From positions 160,001 to 224,000 of the forward strand of contig CAXXFL010000004.1 in the NCBI GenBank assembly GCA_963674965.2: DNA of 64,000 bases. The letters run 5' to 3'. Of the stretch, positions 50,029-60,954 are shown one piece after another (the first letter of the stretch is position 1; each line of letters opens with the position of its first letter). Source of the stretch: a bacterium. Lineage in GTDB: Bacteria; RBG-13-61-14; DATKZS01. The position numbers and the translations under genes are program-made. The notes under the pieces were generated by a model that was not told the origin of the DNA, did no database searches, and saw only the letters and a program-made list of their open reading frames with translations.

Positions 50029-51426
50029 ATGCTTAATACGTTGCCGGGAATAGACCGTATAATCGAGCTCGAGGAGATTCGCGAGCTTTTAGGCGAGTAT
50101 TCCCACGAGGTGGTGGTGGGCTGGGTCCGGGACGCGGTGGAAGACCTCCGCTCCGGCCTGCTCGGCGGACGCGAGTACCCCCTGGGCGAGGACGGAAAGA
50201 TCGCGCGAGAGACCGTGGCCGCCATGGTCCAGGCCCGCCGCGCTTCTCTGACCAGTCCGTCCCTTCGCAAGTGCGTCAACGCCACGGGCGTGGTGGTACA
50301 CACGAACATGGGCCGGTCGCCCCTGAGTCCATATTTAATGGAGGCCATGAAGGGGGTGCTGGGCACTTACTCGAACCTCGAGTACGACCTGGAAAAGGGA
50401 AAGCGAGGCTCGCGTCACTCCCACCTCGAGCGCCTCATCCGCCGGGTCACGGGCGCCGAGGCCGGTTTCGCGGTCAACAACAACGCGGCGTCGGTATTGG
50501 TGTCGCTCAATACCCTGGCTCGCGGCGGCGAGGTGATCGTCTCGCGGGGCGAGCTTATCGAGATAGGCGGCAGCTTCCGTATCCCGGAGATCATCGAGAG
50601 CGGCGGCGCTCGTCTTCGGGAGGTGGGCACGACGAACAAGACCAGGGTATCCGACTACGAGAGGGCCATCGGTCCGGAGACGTCTCTGATCCTCAAGGCC
50701 CACACCTCGAATTACCGGATACAAGGCTTCACCGAGGAGGTTTCCCTCCAGGACCTGGTCAGGCTGGGACAAGAGCGAGGGGTCCCGGTCATGATGGACC
50801 TTGGCTCCGGGCTCCTCATCGACCTCGAGCCCTACGGCATATTCGGGGAGGACCCGGTCCAGAAGTACGTGGCCATGGGCCCGGACGTTATCACCTTCAG
50901 CGGCGACAAGCTGCTGGGCGGCCCGCAGGCCGGCTTTATCGTCGGGCGCGCCGAGCTGGTCTCGAGGATACAGAAGAACCCCATGGTCCGGGCCCTTAGG
51001 GTGGGCAAGATAACCATCGCCGCCCTCGAGGCCATGCTGACGGCCTACCTAAGTCCCGCCGCCATCACCGAGAAAATCCCCACCCTCAGGCTCCTGACGA
51101 GGCCCGCGCCTCGCATCCGTTCCCAGGCGGCTCGAGCGGCCGCGATGATCCGGGAGCGCTGGCCCGAGGCCAAGGCTCGGGTCCTTCGCGACGAGGCCTT
51201 CGCCGGCGGCGGGTCTTTGCCGGCGGTGCCCCTGCCGACCTACGTGGTCGAGATCGAGGCGGACATGGACGCCGACGGGCTGCATTGTCTTTTCAGGTCG
51301 GCTCCGGTCCCGGTGGTGGGCCGGGTGAGGAAGGGCGCGTTCTGCCTGGATATGCGGACCATCCTGCCCGGCGACCTGGCTCACGTTCTGGCCGCCGTGG
51401 ACATAATCAGGGAGTCGGGGAAATAA
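50029..51426 (+). CDS. selA: L-seryl-tRNA(Sec) selenium transferase
   Basis: NATGVVVHTNMGR, NNNAA, EIGGSFRIP, FSGDKLLGGPQAG. Confidence 0.97.
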   Translation: MLNTLPGIDRIIELEEIRELLGEYSHEVVVGWVRDAVEDLRSGLLGGREYPLGEDGKIARETVAAMVQARRASLTSPSLRKCVNATGVVVHTNMGRSPLSPYLMEAMKGVLGTYSNLEYDLEKGKRGSRHSHLERLIRRVTGAEAGFAVNNNAASVLVSLNTLARGGEVIVSRGELIEIGGSFRIPEIIESGGARLREVGTTNKTRVSDYERAIGPETSLILKAHTSNYRIQGFTEEVSLQDLVRLGQERGVPVMMDLGSGLLIDLEPYGIFGEDPVQKYVAMGPDVITFSGDKLLGGPQAGFIVGRAELVSRIQKNPMVRALRVGKITIAALEAMLTAYLSPAAITEKIPTLRLLTRPAPRIRSQAARAAAMIRERWPEAKARVLRDEAFAGGGSLPAVPLPTYVVEIEADMDADGLHCLFRSAPVPVVGRVRKGAFCLDMRTILPGDLAHVLAAVDIIRESGK

Positions 51427-51429
51427 TCC

Positions 51430-53382
51430 ATGGCCCGCTTGCCGACCCTCATCATGGGCACGTCGGGCCACGTTGACCATGGCAAGACCACGCTGGTCAA
51501 GTCCCTCACCGGCGTGGACCTCGACACTCTTCCCGAGGAGAAGGCCAGGGGGCTGACCATCAACCTGGGCTTCACCTCCTTCGATACCCCCTCCGGCCAC
51601 CGGATAGGCGTGGTTGACGTGCCTGGCCACCGCAAGTTTGTAAGGACCATGCTCTCGGGCGCGCACGGGTTGGACTTCGTGCTTTTCATCGTGGCCTGCG
51701 ACGACTCGGTCATGCCTCAAACTCGGGAGCACCTCCAGATACTGAGACTGTTCGGAGTCAAGACGGGGATAGTCGTTCTTACCAAGGCCGACCTGGTCGA
51801 GCCCGAGCTTCGGGAACTGGTCGAGGCCGAGGTTTCCGAGCTGGTGGAGGGGACCTTTCTCGAGCGCGCGCCCATGGTGGCGGTCAGCTCGGTCACCGGC
51901 GAGGGCATGGGCGAGCTGATTGAAGCCATCGACAAGGTTGCCGGCGACTTGAAGCCGCGGGAGAGGGGGGCCTATTTTCGCATGTTCGTGGACCGGTCGT
52001 TCACGGTGGCGGGCGCGGGCACGGTGGTAACGGGCACGGTGCTTTCCGGGTCGTCCTCCCCGGGGGACGAGGTCGAGATACTGCCGGGCGGGCACCGGGC
52101 CAGGGTCCGCAAGATCGAGAGCCATGGGGAGGCGGTGGACCGGGCCCGGGCGGGGCAGCGCGCCGCCGTAAACCTTCGTCTTCTTGACAAGGGCGACGTT
52201 GGGAGGGGAGACATGATCGCCACGCCCGAGGTCGTTCGGCCCACCTACATGGTGGACGTTCGGCTCGAGGTGCAGGACAATTATCCCCGTGCTCTCCAGC
52301 ACTGGACCAGGGTCAGGTTCTACGTGGGCACTCACGAGTCCTTCGGGCGGGTGGTGCTGCTCGAGAAGGACTCGGCCGAGCCGGGCGGCGGGGCGCTGGC
52401 TCAAATAAGGCTCGAGACGCCGGCCCCGGTCATGAACGGCGACCCCTTCATCATCCGGGACTTTTCCTCGAGTTGGACCATCGGCGGCGGCAAGGTCCTT
52501 GACTCCCATCCCACCAAGCACAAGCGCCGGAAGGCCCTGGCGGTGGGAGACCTGGCCCGCCGGGAGGACGGCTACCTCGAGGAGCTTATCGAGCTGGAGG
52601 CGAAAAAGACCGCTTTCTTCCTGTCCCGAAACGCCGTGGCCCTCGATCTTAACGCGCCCATGGACAGGGTGGGGGCCGCTTCTTCCGCTCTGGCGGAAAA
52701 GGGGGACGTCGTATTGCTGCCGCCCAGGAAGTCTCCCTGGATCATTCACCAGGAGGCGTGGAGGCGGCTGGTGGGCAGGATCAAGGAGTGCTTGTCGGCC
52801 CATCACGAGTCTCTTCCCCAGCTCGATACGGGTCTTTCCGAGCAGGAACTCCGCGAGAGGGTCTCCCGCGCCTCGGGGGCGAGGATCGAGGAGGAACCTT
52901 TCCATTATTCCCTGGAGAGGCTGGCCGAGGACAAGGTGCTCAAGTCGGTGGAGGCTACCTATGCCCTTTCCAGCCACGCGGCCGTGCTCGAGGAAGGAGA
53001 CGAGCAGGCCCTGGCCGCCATCCGGGCGAGCTACGTGGACTGCCCCATGACCCCGCCGGCGACGGAGGAAGTTTACGCCGGCTCCGGCTTGCCCAAGGCC
53101 GTGGTCCGCGATTTCCTCGAGCGTCTGCTCGAGGAGGGCGAGTTGGTCCGTATAAGCCGCGAGTTCATCTTTGACAAGAAGGGAGTTTCGATCGCCCTGG
53201 AAAAGGTGTTAGAATATATAAGACAAAATGAAAAAATGACGGTGGCCGAGTTTCGAGACCTGGTGGGGACCTCCCGCAAATACGCGATTCCCCTTCTCAA
53301 TTACTTCGATAATGAGGGCTGGACCGTAAGGGACGGGGATTTCAGGAAACTTGGTCACCGCCGGTTCGACGGAAAGATTTAG
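51430..53382 (+). CDS. selB: Selenocysteine-specific elongation factor
   Basis: GHVDHGKT, MPQTREH, DRSF, GQR; C-terminal winged helix SRKYAIPLL. Confidence 0.97.
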   Translation: MARLPTLIMGTSGHVDHGKTTLVKSLTGVDLDTLPEEKARGLTINLGFTSFDTPSGHRIGVVDVPGHRKFVRTMLSGAHGLDFVLFIVACDDSVMPQTREHLQILRLFGVKTGIVVLTKADLVEPELRELVEAEVSELVEGTFLERAPMVAVSSVTGEGMGELIEAIDKVAGDLKPRERGAYFRMFVDRSFTVAGAGTVVTGTVLSGSSSPGDEVEILPGGHRARVRKIESHGEAVDRARAGQRAAVNLRLLDKGDVGRGDMIATPEVVRPTYMVDVRLEVQDNYPRALQHWTRVRFYVGTHESFGRVVLLEKDSAEPGGGALAQIRLETPAPVMNGDPFIIRDFSSSWTIGGGKVLDSHPTKHKRRKALAVGDLARREDGYLEELIELEAKKTAFFLSRNAVALDLNAPMDRVGAASSALAEKGDVVLLPPRKSPWIIHQEAWRRLVGRIKECLSAHHESLPQLDTGLSEQELRERVSRASGARIEEEPFHYSLERLAEDKVLKSVEATYALSSHAAVLEEGDEQALAAIRASYVDCPMTPPATEEVYAGSGLPKAVVRDFLERLLEEGELVRISREFIFDKKGVSIALEKVLEYIRQNEKMTVAEFRDLVGTSRKYAIPLLNYFDNEGWTVRDGDFRKLGHRRFDGKI

Positions 53383-53395
53383 TCCGCGACTTAAC

Positions 53396-53491
53396 GGCAA
53401 GGATAGGGTCTGGTGGCTCTACCGGGCTTCAAACCCGGATGCGGGTAGATAAAACTGCTCGTGGCAGGTTCGATTCCTGCCCTTGCCGCCA
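53396..53491 (+). tRNA. selC: tRNA-Sec(TCA), 7/5 fold
   Basis: Anticodon loop CTTCAAA, 6-bp D-stem with TGGT loop, long variable arm, GCCA end; 13 nt after the selB stop. Confidence 0.95.
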
Positions 53492-53515
53492 TTTTTTGCC
53501 CGCTATTCCCGAGTA

Positions 53516-55633
53516 TCAGAGGAGTTCCTCCAGGCCCATTTCCCGAATGAAGTTGAACTCGTAGTTGGAGGGGGACCTGGCCATGACCGCCTCGAGGGAA
53601 GGAATCTTCGCCCCGTTGTCAATCTCGTTTTTGTAAAGTTTGAACTCGACCGCCCTGGCTATCCAGGCCATGATCAGGCGCCGAAACCTCTCCCTGTTCC
53701 TCTCCAGGTCGGATTCCTTCGAGGAGGTCAGCCATCGGCTTTCCATGAAGGCCAGAAACTGCGTGAGCCACATCGATATTTCACGACAGCCGTTCTCGGC
53801 CCTGGCCATGACCTCGGAGGCCTGGTTCCTTTCTTTCCGATAGGCCTCGGCGAAGCGGGGCGTCATTTTAAGCTCGGGCCAGTTGGCTTTGAGGAACCTT
53901 ATCAGCCCGAGCTTGACGGCGAGTATCTCGAGTTGCAAATAGGGCAGGTGGTTATCCAGCCACGGGTCCCTTCTTTTTAGTCCCGAGGCCTCGAGGAAAG
54001 TGAACCTGCGCCGGGCCAGCTTGAGGAACATCTCGACGTCCATGGCAATCCTCTCCCCCTCCTTTGGGTCGGCCCCCGCGGGAAAGAAGGTCGAGGCGAG
54101 AGGCTCGTCGAAAAGGAGGAGCAGGCCCACGGCGCCCATGCCCGCCGGTCCCTGGAAAACGCGGTGGATTTGGTCGAGCTCCATGACCAGGTCGCCGGCC
54201 TCGCCGGTGGGGTCGCGATGCACGGTCCAGGCGAAGGCCTTGTTGAAGCGGGAGCTGTACTCGGGCGCCTCCTCCCAGGCGTGCCCCGCCGAGTAGGCCA
54301 GCGGGTAAAGCTCGGTCCCGGGCGGGTTCATGTGGCCCATGTCGCCCCATATGGTGACCATCATTCCCTCGGCGCCCATGGATTTGGCCATGGGGACGAG
54401 ACCCTTGTGGTTGGCCTCCATCACCGCCAGGTCGGGAAATGTCTTCATCAGGGTCCAGGTGGTGGTGCAGGCGTAAAAGGGGTTTCCCGACTCGGCTACT
54501 ATCTCGAGTGGGGACCGGTAATGCTCGTGTCCCTCCAGGTTGCCCGTCCCGTAGGACCAGTGGCAAAGGACCATGTCGCGGGGAAGGTCGGGTATTATCT
54601 CGGGGTGCTGGACCAGCGCGTCGGCCCAGACCATCGTTGAAGCTCCCCTGGCCCCGAGGATTTCATGCAGCCTGATCAGGTGGTCACGAATAACGAGACC
54701 GACGCTTTTTCCGCCGAAGCGGCCGGCGTCGAAGTTCTTAATCAGGTCGAAGGGCTCGTCGCATCCCACGTGAAAGACGGAGGATGGACAGACCTCGAGC
54801 CACGCGTCGTAGTAGTCCTCGAGCAGTCGGTATATAAGTTCGTTGGAGGGGTCCAGGGACCAGAGGAGGTTTTTATCGTAGGCCAACTCCCGGTACTCGG
54901 GCAGGGACAGTATTTCCCGCATGTGTCCAAGCGACTGCTGAAAGGGGATGATCTGGACCCGCCTCGAGGCGGCGAACTCGACGACTCGGGCCATTTCCGC
55001 CAGGGTAATAACGTCGCGTCGTCTCGCCGTCTCCGGCCGGGCGGGGCACTCGAGGACGTGCTCGACGTTAAAGGTAAGCTGGTTGTATTTAAGCTCGGAG
55101 ATGAGTTTAATAAGCTCCATCATCGACTCGGCGGTCGGGACCCTGCCCCTGGACGCGTCCAGCAGGACGCACCGGTTGGGCAGGACGGGCGCGTCCTTGA
55201 TGGCGACGCGGGGCGCGGTCTTGTCGGGACCGATGAGCTTGGCAAGGGTCTGGGCCGCGTAAAACAGCCCGCGCTCGCCGCCGCTAACTGCTATTCCGCC
55301 ATTTTCGCCGACCAGGAGAACGTAGGACTGGTCCTTGATCCTGGGGTCGGAGACCGAGCTTAAAAGCTCGTCGATTTCTTTTCCCGCCCTCGCCTGGTCC
55401 TCCTCGGAGGGGGAGCCGAAGGTGAAATGGGCGGAGGCCTCGCGGCAACAAGCGGGGATTGTCCTGAGTCCGATCTCTTTGGCCACGTCGTCTAAAGGAT
55501 GCAGGTCTCCGAGGTATCCGCCGACCACCAGGTCGCGCCCTGAGGCGAAATCGAAAACGCCGTCGCGGCGCTCGATCCTGATTGGCGATGGAATAAGGAG
55601 TTCTCTGGTGTCCAGCTCGCGGGGCCCGGCCAT
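53516..55633 (-). CDS. GH20-family beta-N-acetylhexosaminidase-like protein
   Basis: GLFYAAQTL, LDASRGRVP, QSLGH, HVGCDE. Confidence 0.85.
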   Translation of the reverse strand: MAGPRELDTRELLIPSPIRIERRDGVFDFASGRDLVVGGYLGDLHPLDDVAKEIGLRTIPACCREASAHFTFGSPSEEDQARAGKEIDELLSSVSDPRIKDQSYVLLVGENGGIAVSGGERGLFYAAQTLAKLIGPDKTAPRVAIKDAPVLPNRCVLLDASRGRVPTAESMMELIKLISELKYNQLTFNVEHVLECPARPETARRRDVITLAEMARVVEFAASRRVQIIPFQQSLGHMREILSLPEYRELAYDKNLLWSLDPSNELIYRLLEDYYDAWLEVCPSSVFHVGCDEPFDLIKNFDAGRFGGKSVGLVIRDHLIRLHEILGARGASTMVWADALVQHPEIIPDLPRDMVLCHWSYGTGNLEGHEHYRSPLEIVAESGNPFYACTTTWTLMKTFPDLAVMEANHKGLVPMAKSMGAEGMMVTIWGDMGHMNPPGTELYPLAYSAGHAWEEAPEYSSRFNKAFAWTVHRDPTGEAGDLVMELDQIHRVFQGPAGMGAVGLLLLFDEPLASTFFPAGADPKEGERIAMDVEMFLKLARRRFTFLEASGLKRRDPWLDNHLPYLQLEILAVKLGLIRFLKANWPELKMTPRFAEAYRKERNQASEVMARAENGCREISMWLTQFLAFMESRWLTSSKESDLERNRERFRRLIMAWIARAVEFKLYKNEIDNGAKIPSLEAVMARSPSNYEFNFIREMGLEELL

Positions 55634-55636
55634 TTT

Positions 55637-56260
55637 CTACTTCTTTTTGCCTCTCGTTTTTTTCTTGTCCTCGTTTCCAGATAATAGGCCCTCGGTGGAA
55701 TAGAGGATAAGCTCGTCGACTATTTTTTCCGGGGCCAGGCTCAGGTCCGACCTGGCCACGTGGTATATTACCTCCTTGATGCTGCCCACCGTGTGATAGG
55801 CCGCGAGCAGGGGGCTCAAGTCTTTCCTCATCAGCCCCATCTCCTGGCCCAGCTTGAAGGCCCCCGCGGTCTTATGGGTAATACCCTGGTAGAAGTCCCT
55901 TATTTTCCGGTCGAATTCCTCGTCCAGCCCCATGGCGTGATTGTAGAGCATCTGGGTGAGTTCCCTGTTCTCGATCAGAACGTTGGCGATCCTCCTCATA
56001 TTGGACCTTATCTGCTCGAGCCAGGGCTTGCCGCCTCCGGAAAGATCGACCCGGACCATCGAGTTGTTGAGCTGGACCGTCAGGATGTCCACCAGCTCGG
56101 CGAAGATTTCCCGCTTGCCCTCGAAGTAAAGATAGAACGTGCCCCTGGCTATGCCCGCCGACTCGATAATGTCGGTCACGCTCGCCTGGTGATAGCCCTT
56201 GGCGGCGAAAACCGAGGTGGCCGCCTGCAGTATCTGCTGCCTTCGTTTTTCCTTTTTCAT
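55637..56260 (-). CDS. TetR/AcrR transcriptional regulator
   Basis: ILQAA..VFA.KGY...GIARGTFYLYF. Confidence 0.93.
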   Translation of the reverse strand: MKKEKRRQQILQAATSVFAAKGYHQASVTDIIESAGIARGTFYLYFEGKREIFAELVDILTVQLNNSMVRVDLSGGGKPWLEQIRSNMRRIANVLIENRELTQMLYNHAMGLDEEFDRKIRDFYQGITHKTAGAFKLGQEMGLMRKDLSPLLAAYHTVGSIKEVIYHVARSDLSLAPEKIVDELILYSTEGLLSGNEDKKKTRGKKK

Positions 56261-56349
56261 GTTATCTCCATTCGAGGTCCGACTCGATCGCCAGAATCCG
56301 GATGGTCGTACGTTTCTTGGGGCTTCATGATCGGAAGGGAGGCGGGAAC

Positions 56350-57180
56350 TCATCCGGCCTTGGTAGGGCTTGTTTGAAAATTTTTCTCGACGGCTTTCAT
56401 AACGGCGTTGGTCAGGCCGGCGTGGTCCTGGCCGGGCACCACCAGGCTGACGGGCTGGCAGAACTTTATTACCTTGTCGAAACTGGCCGAGTCGGGAGGG
56501 TTGAAAACGAAGGCCAGGTTGACTCTTTGGTTTTTTTTATATCCAAGCTCGTAAGCCCTTATGGCGATGGCCACGTTAATGCCGTTTACCAGGGGCAGCC
56601 TGAGGTCGAGAAGTATAATGGAAGGCGGCCGGTCCTTGAACATGGCCCCGCTGGCGGCGGCGAGGATTTCCTCGCCGGTGCGGAAGGTCTCGACCTCGAC
56701 CCCCAGTTCCGGGCCCACGTCGGTTCTCATCCATTCCCGGAACTCCGGGTAAAAGCCGGCGGACCACACGGCGGCTCGCTTCTCGTCATTATTGCGCTCG
56801 CCGGCCGCCTCGCGCGGCGCCATGGCCGGGTCCGATGCCTCGTCTCCCAGCTTGAGGGAGGAGAACTGGACCAGCAGCTTCCCTTCCCCTATCTCGACGA
56901 TGTCACCGTTAATGAGCTTTTGCGACGAGGCCATGCGCTCGTTCACCCTTGTAACGCCACCCGATCCCAGGTCCTCGATAAACAGGGAGTCGTTGTGAAA
57001 AGTTAAAAGGGCGTGTCTTTCCGCCACTCCCACGCCGTCGACCCTGAGGTCGGCCTTTTCCCCCCGCCCTATTACGCAGGGCGTGGACGCGAGAACGAAC
57101 CTCTCGCCTTCCCCCGGTCCCTCCAGGGCGAGAAGAGAGGCGCTTACTCCTTGAGGAAGCGGCTTTTTTCCTTCATCCAT
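56350..57180 (-). CDS. FHA domain plus receiver-like domain protein
   Basis: IGR...HA..DLGS..VN..L.NGD FHA pattern; IILLDLRLPLVNG receiver-like pattern. Confidence 0.75.
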   Translation of the reverse strand: MDEGKKPLPQGVSASLLALEGPGEGERFVLASTPCVIGRGEKADLRVDGVGVAERHALLTFHNDSLFIEDLGSGGVTRVNERMASSQKLINGDIVEIGEGKLLVQFSSLKLGDEASDPAMAPREAAGERNNDEKRAAVWSAGFYPEFREWMRTDVGPELGVEVETFRTGEEILAAASGAMFKDRPPSIILLDLRLPLVNGINVAIAIRAYELGYKKNQRVNLAFVFNPPDSASFDKVIKFCQPVSLVVPGQDHAGLTNAVMKAVEKNFQTSPTKAG

Positions 57181-57249
57181 ATCGAATATGCTAATACCGC
57201 CGGTCAGGCTTGTCAAAGCGGGGGCCGCTCCCGACCGGAGCGTTCCCGG

Positions 57250-60200
57250 TCAGGCCGCGTCGAGGGCGGCCCTTATTCTTCCGGCCAGCTCCTCGGGGGT
57301 AAAGGGCTTCGAGATCAATTGAGTCCCTTCCTCGAGCACGCCGTGCTTGGCTATGACGTCGTCGGTGTAGCCGGACATGAAAAGTACTTTCAATCCGCAA
57401 AGTCGAGACATTAGCCGGTCGGCCACCTCCCTTCCGCTCATGTCGGGCATGATCACGTCGGTGAGAAGAATATCTATTTCATCGCCCTTTTCCCCGGCTA
57501 TATCCAGGGCTTTTTGGCCGTTGGCCACGTCGATGACCTTGTAGCCGTAGGCATGGAGAACGCGCAGAACCAACTCCCTTACCATGTCGTCGTCCTCGAC
57601 CAGGAGCACCGTCTCGCCGCCTCCGCGTCCTTCCCGATCACCCCTCGTATTAGCCCGGGCGCTCCCTTCCTCATGGGACCTGGGCAGTATAATGTCGAAG
57701 GTCGTTCCTTCCCCCTCCTTGCTGCGGGCGTATATCCGGCCGCCGCTTTGGTTGACTATGCCATAAACGCTGGACAGGCCAAGGCCCGTTCCCTTGCCCT
57801 TGGATTTAGTGGTGAAGAAGGGGTCGAAAATCCTCGATAATGTTTCCTCGTCCATTCCCTCACCGTCGTCGCTCACCGCCATTTGGACGTAACTGCCGGG
57901 AGGAACGCTGGGATATAGGAAGCTGCCTTCTTTTCCGATCTCGAGATTGGCGGTTCCGATGGCCAGTTTGCCGCCCATGGGCATGGCGTCGCGCCCGTTG
58001 ACCACCAGGTTGACCAGGGCCATTTGAATCTGCGTGGCGTCTGCCTTGACGCGGCCCAGCTCGGGGTCAAGGTCCAGTATCAGCTCGACGTTCTCGCCGA
58101 TGAGACGCCTTAGCATGTTGTCCATCTCGAGGACCAGGGAGTTGAGGTTGACCACCTCGGGGTTGAGTATCTGCTTGCGGCTGAAGGCGAGAAGCTGGTT
58201 GGTCATGGAGGTCGCCCGGTGAACGGCCTTCACGATTTCCTGCAGGTCCCGGTTCAAGGGGTCGTCGTCATCGATCGAGTAAATCATAAGCTCGCTGTAG
58301 CCCATGATGGCGGTCATGATGTTGTTGAAGTCGTGGGCCACGCCCCCGGCCAGCCTGCCGATGGCCTCGAGTTTTTGCGACTGTATGAGCTGCTCCCTGA
58401 GGGACGTCTGCTCCGTTACGTCCTCGATGGCGAGAAGCACCTGGTTTTCGTTGAGGCGATTGGATATGCCGCGAATATCCACGTTTAAATACTTGACCTC
58501 ATGGGCCGTGGAATAATGGCGGACCCCGAGCAGGAACTCGTTGCCCCCGTTTTGGGCCACCGCCTTCAGTTTCTCGTGAAGGTCTCCCTCCTCGAGCAGC
58601 GAGGCGGGAAAAAGGTCCTTAATATTTAGGCCCGCCACCTCGCGTTCCCCATCATCGCGTTCCCCATCATCGCGTTCCTCGACGTATCTTTTGTTGGCGA
58701 TGATAACGTTAAGGTTTCGGTCGAGGAGAAGAAGCTTGAGGGGGACGGAATCCAAAGTGTATTTATATAAACGGCCGAACTCCCTGTCCCGTATTTCCGA
58801 GTTGACGCGGTCGGTTACGTCCGTGTTAAGCCCCACCCATTTTTCGATTTTTCCGTCAGGCCCCTTAAGCAGTCTGCCCCGGCTGGAAACGAAGATGTAT
58901 TCGCCGTTTTTCTTGCGTAGCCTGTATTCGTTTCGATAAGGCGCCCCGGATTTGACGTGGTCCTCGATGCCTTTAAAAACCTCGGCCCTGTCGTCGGGAT
59001 GAATGTACTCGACTATTTCGGGAAGCCGTCTCGGGAATTCCCCCTCCCCGTAGCCCAAAAGCCCGTCAATGTCCCCGAACCACTTCATCTCTCCGTTGCC
59101 GGAGTCGATCTCGTAAATCAAGTCGCTGGCCAGGTGAGCTGCTATCCTGAACCTTTCCTCCGATTCCCCCAGCGCGTTCTCCGCCGCGACCCTGTCCGTA
59201 ATGTCGGCGTCCGTTCCCGCCATCCTTATTACGGCGCCTTCCTCGTCCCGAACCGCCAGGCCCCTGACCTCTATCCATCTGACCGAGCCGTCCTTGTGCG
59301 TCATGCGGTGACGGAAAATATATTCCGGCGTTTTGCCGTCAATATGGTCCTGGGCCGCTTGCATCACGGCCCGCTTGTCGTCGGGATGGATATAAGACGA
59401 CCATGTTTCCAGGTCGTTGGGGATTTCATGGTCCTCGTATCCGAGGATGTTCTTGATAATAGGATCGAGGAAAAAGTCGCCCGTCGCGAGGTCCCAATCC
59501 CAGACTCCCACGGAGGCCGCCCTGGCCGCCAGGGCGTATCTTTCCTGGCTGAGATTGAGTCTTCGCTGAATGTCCTTGTTTTCGGTCACGTCGGTTATGA
59601 CTCCGACCAGGCCGGCCGTGTCGCCTTCCTTGTCCTGGAAGGTCGCCTTATTGAAAATGACGTCATGATATTCCTCGTCGGCGAAAAGGATTTGAGACTC
59701 GTATATCTGCCGGCCCGGGGACGCGAGCAGTTGACGATCCATTTTATAAAAGACGTCGGCCCTTTCCCTCGGATATACGCCAAAAACGGTTTTGCCTATT
59801 ATGTCCTCTCGGGGAATGCCAAGATATTCCTCGAAGGCGCCGTTGCAGCCAAGGTATACCGCCTTGGCGTCCTTGTAGAATATGGGGCTGGGTATGGTCT
59901 CGAGAAGGGTCTGAAGAAAAAGAAACTGATCGAGGAATTCCTCCTCGCGCCGCTTCTTTTCGAGGGCGTTGGCGATAATCGAGGACAGCGTTTCCAGAAG
60001 ATAAATATCTCCCTCGTCCCAGCGCTTGCAATCCCTGACCGAGTCGAACCCGATAAACCCCGCCGGCCGGCCCTTGATGACGAGGGGGAAGGCAAGGACC
60101 GACTTGATATCCTGCGCCTCGAGTATGGCTTTTTCCTTTTCCATCTCCGGGGGCATGGAGCCTACGTCGGGAATATGGATATTTTCCCCGCGGTCGATCA

Positions 60201-60954
60201 TGTCCATCCACCAGGGAATCATGTCCCGCCCAATCCCTTGCAGGTTGCCGATCTCAGGCTCGATTCCCTCGGCGCACCATTCGTGGGTATTGCTGGTGGA
60301 TTGGCCGTCCTCGGAAAAAAGGAAAACGTAGCTCCGATCGACGTCGGCGAAAAGGCCGGCTTTCTCGAGCGCGTCGTTAATGCCGTCGTCCACGTCTTCA
60401 TGGCGGAGGTTGATGAAAGTGGAGGCGATCGACGCCACCATGGCCTCCATTTTTTCCTTTTTTTGCAGGACCTGCTGGAAGGAATTTTGACTGTCAACGA
60501 CCCTGATAAGAAGAATGGCCTGTCTCTGGCCGTCCTTTAGGACAAGGCTGCTTTTAACTTTTGCCGTGAAATGGTTTCCCCTTTGATCGACGATTTTTAC
60601 TTTTTCGTTTTGTCCATTCTGGGAAAAGGGATTGTATTTCGAGCCGACTTTATCCGTCGGGTCCGCTGGAAAGATGAAGGATTCAATACTTTTTCCTTCA
60701 ATTTCGGAAGGCTCCATTTTTAATAATTCCGCGGCCCTCAAGTTGACTTTTGAAATGACGCCCTTGGCGTTAACAAGCACTATGGGGTCGGAAACCTCAT
60801 GAAAAATCCAATCGGAGGCGGAGACAAGACCGATCCTGGACGATTTGACGGGCGCTTGACTCGACTCGGCGGATGAAGTTTCTTTTATGCCAGGGTTTAA
60901 GTTTTCATAAAAATCCATTTTCGACCACTCACTACGTCCTCGGAAAAGGACCAT
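57250..60954 (-). CDS. Cytoplasmic hybrid histidine kinase (PAS-GAF-multiple PAS-HisKA-HATPase-REC); alternative start 60918
   Basis: [28 protein letters not shown]; several PAS/PAC motifs; GAF segment NTHEWC. Confidence 0.94.
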   Translation of the reverse strand: MVLFRGRSEWSKMDFYENLNPGIKETSSAESSQAPVKSSRIGLVSASDWIFHEVSDPIVLVNAKGVISKVNLRAAELLKMEPSEIEGKSIESFIFPADPTDKVGSKYNPFSQNGQNEKVKIVDQRGNHFTAKVKSSLVLKDGQRQAILLIRVVDSQNSFQQVLQKKEKMEAMVASIASTFINLRHEDVDDGINDALEKAGLFADVDRSYVFLFSEDGQSTSNTHEWCAEGIEPEIGNLQGIGRDMIPWWMDMIDRGENIHIPDVGSMPPEMEKEKAILEAQDIKSVLAFPLVIKGRPAGFIGFDSVRDCKRWDEGDIYLLETLSSIIANALEKKRREEEFLDQFLFLQTLLETIPSPIFYKDAKAVYLGCNGAFEEYLGIPREDIIGKTVFGVYPRERADVFYKMDRQLLASPGRQIYESQILFADEEYHDVIFNKATFQDKEGDTAGLVGVITDVTENKDIQRRLNLSQERYALAARAASVGVWDWDLATGDFFLDPIIKNILGYEDHEIPNDLETWSSYIHPDDKRAVMQAAQDHIDGKTPEYIFRHRMTHKDGSVRWIEVRGLAVRDEEGAVIRMAGTDADITDRVAAENALGESEERFRIAAHLASDLIYEIDSGNGEMKWFGDIDGLLGYGEGEFPRRLPEIVEYIHPDDRAEVFKGIEDHVKSGAPYRNEYRLRKKNGEYIFVSSRGRLLKGPDGKIEKWVGLNTDVTDRVNSEIRDREFGRLYKYTLDSVPLKLLLLDRNLNVIIANKRYVEERDDGERDDGEREVAGLNIKDLFPASLLEEGDLHEKLKAVAQNGGNEFLLGVRHYSTAHEVKYLNVDIRGISNRLNENQVLLAIEDVTEQTSLREQLIQSQKLEAIGRLAGGVAHDFNNIMTAIMGYSELMIYSIDDDDPLNRDLQEIVKAVHRATSMTNQLLAFSRKQILNPEVVNLNSLVLEMDNMLRRLIGENVELILDLDPELGRVKADATQIQMALVNLVVNGRDAMPMGGKLAIGTANLEIGKEGSFLYPSVPPGSYVQMAVSDDGEGMDEETLSRIFDPFFTTKSKGKGTGLGLSSVYGIVNQSGGRIYARSKEGEGTTFDIILPRSHEEGSARANTRGDREGRGGGETVLLVEDDDMVRELVLRVLHAYGYKVIDVANGQKALDIAGEKGDEIDILLTDVIMPDMSGREVADRLMSRLCGLKVLFMSGYTDDVIAKHGVLEEGTQLISKPFTPEELAGRIRAALDAA
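58640..58678. repeat. 15-bp in-frame tandem repeat (ERDDG x2)
   Basis: TCGCGTTCCCCATCA twice plus a partial third copy. Confidence 0.85.
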
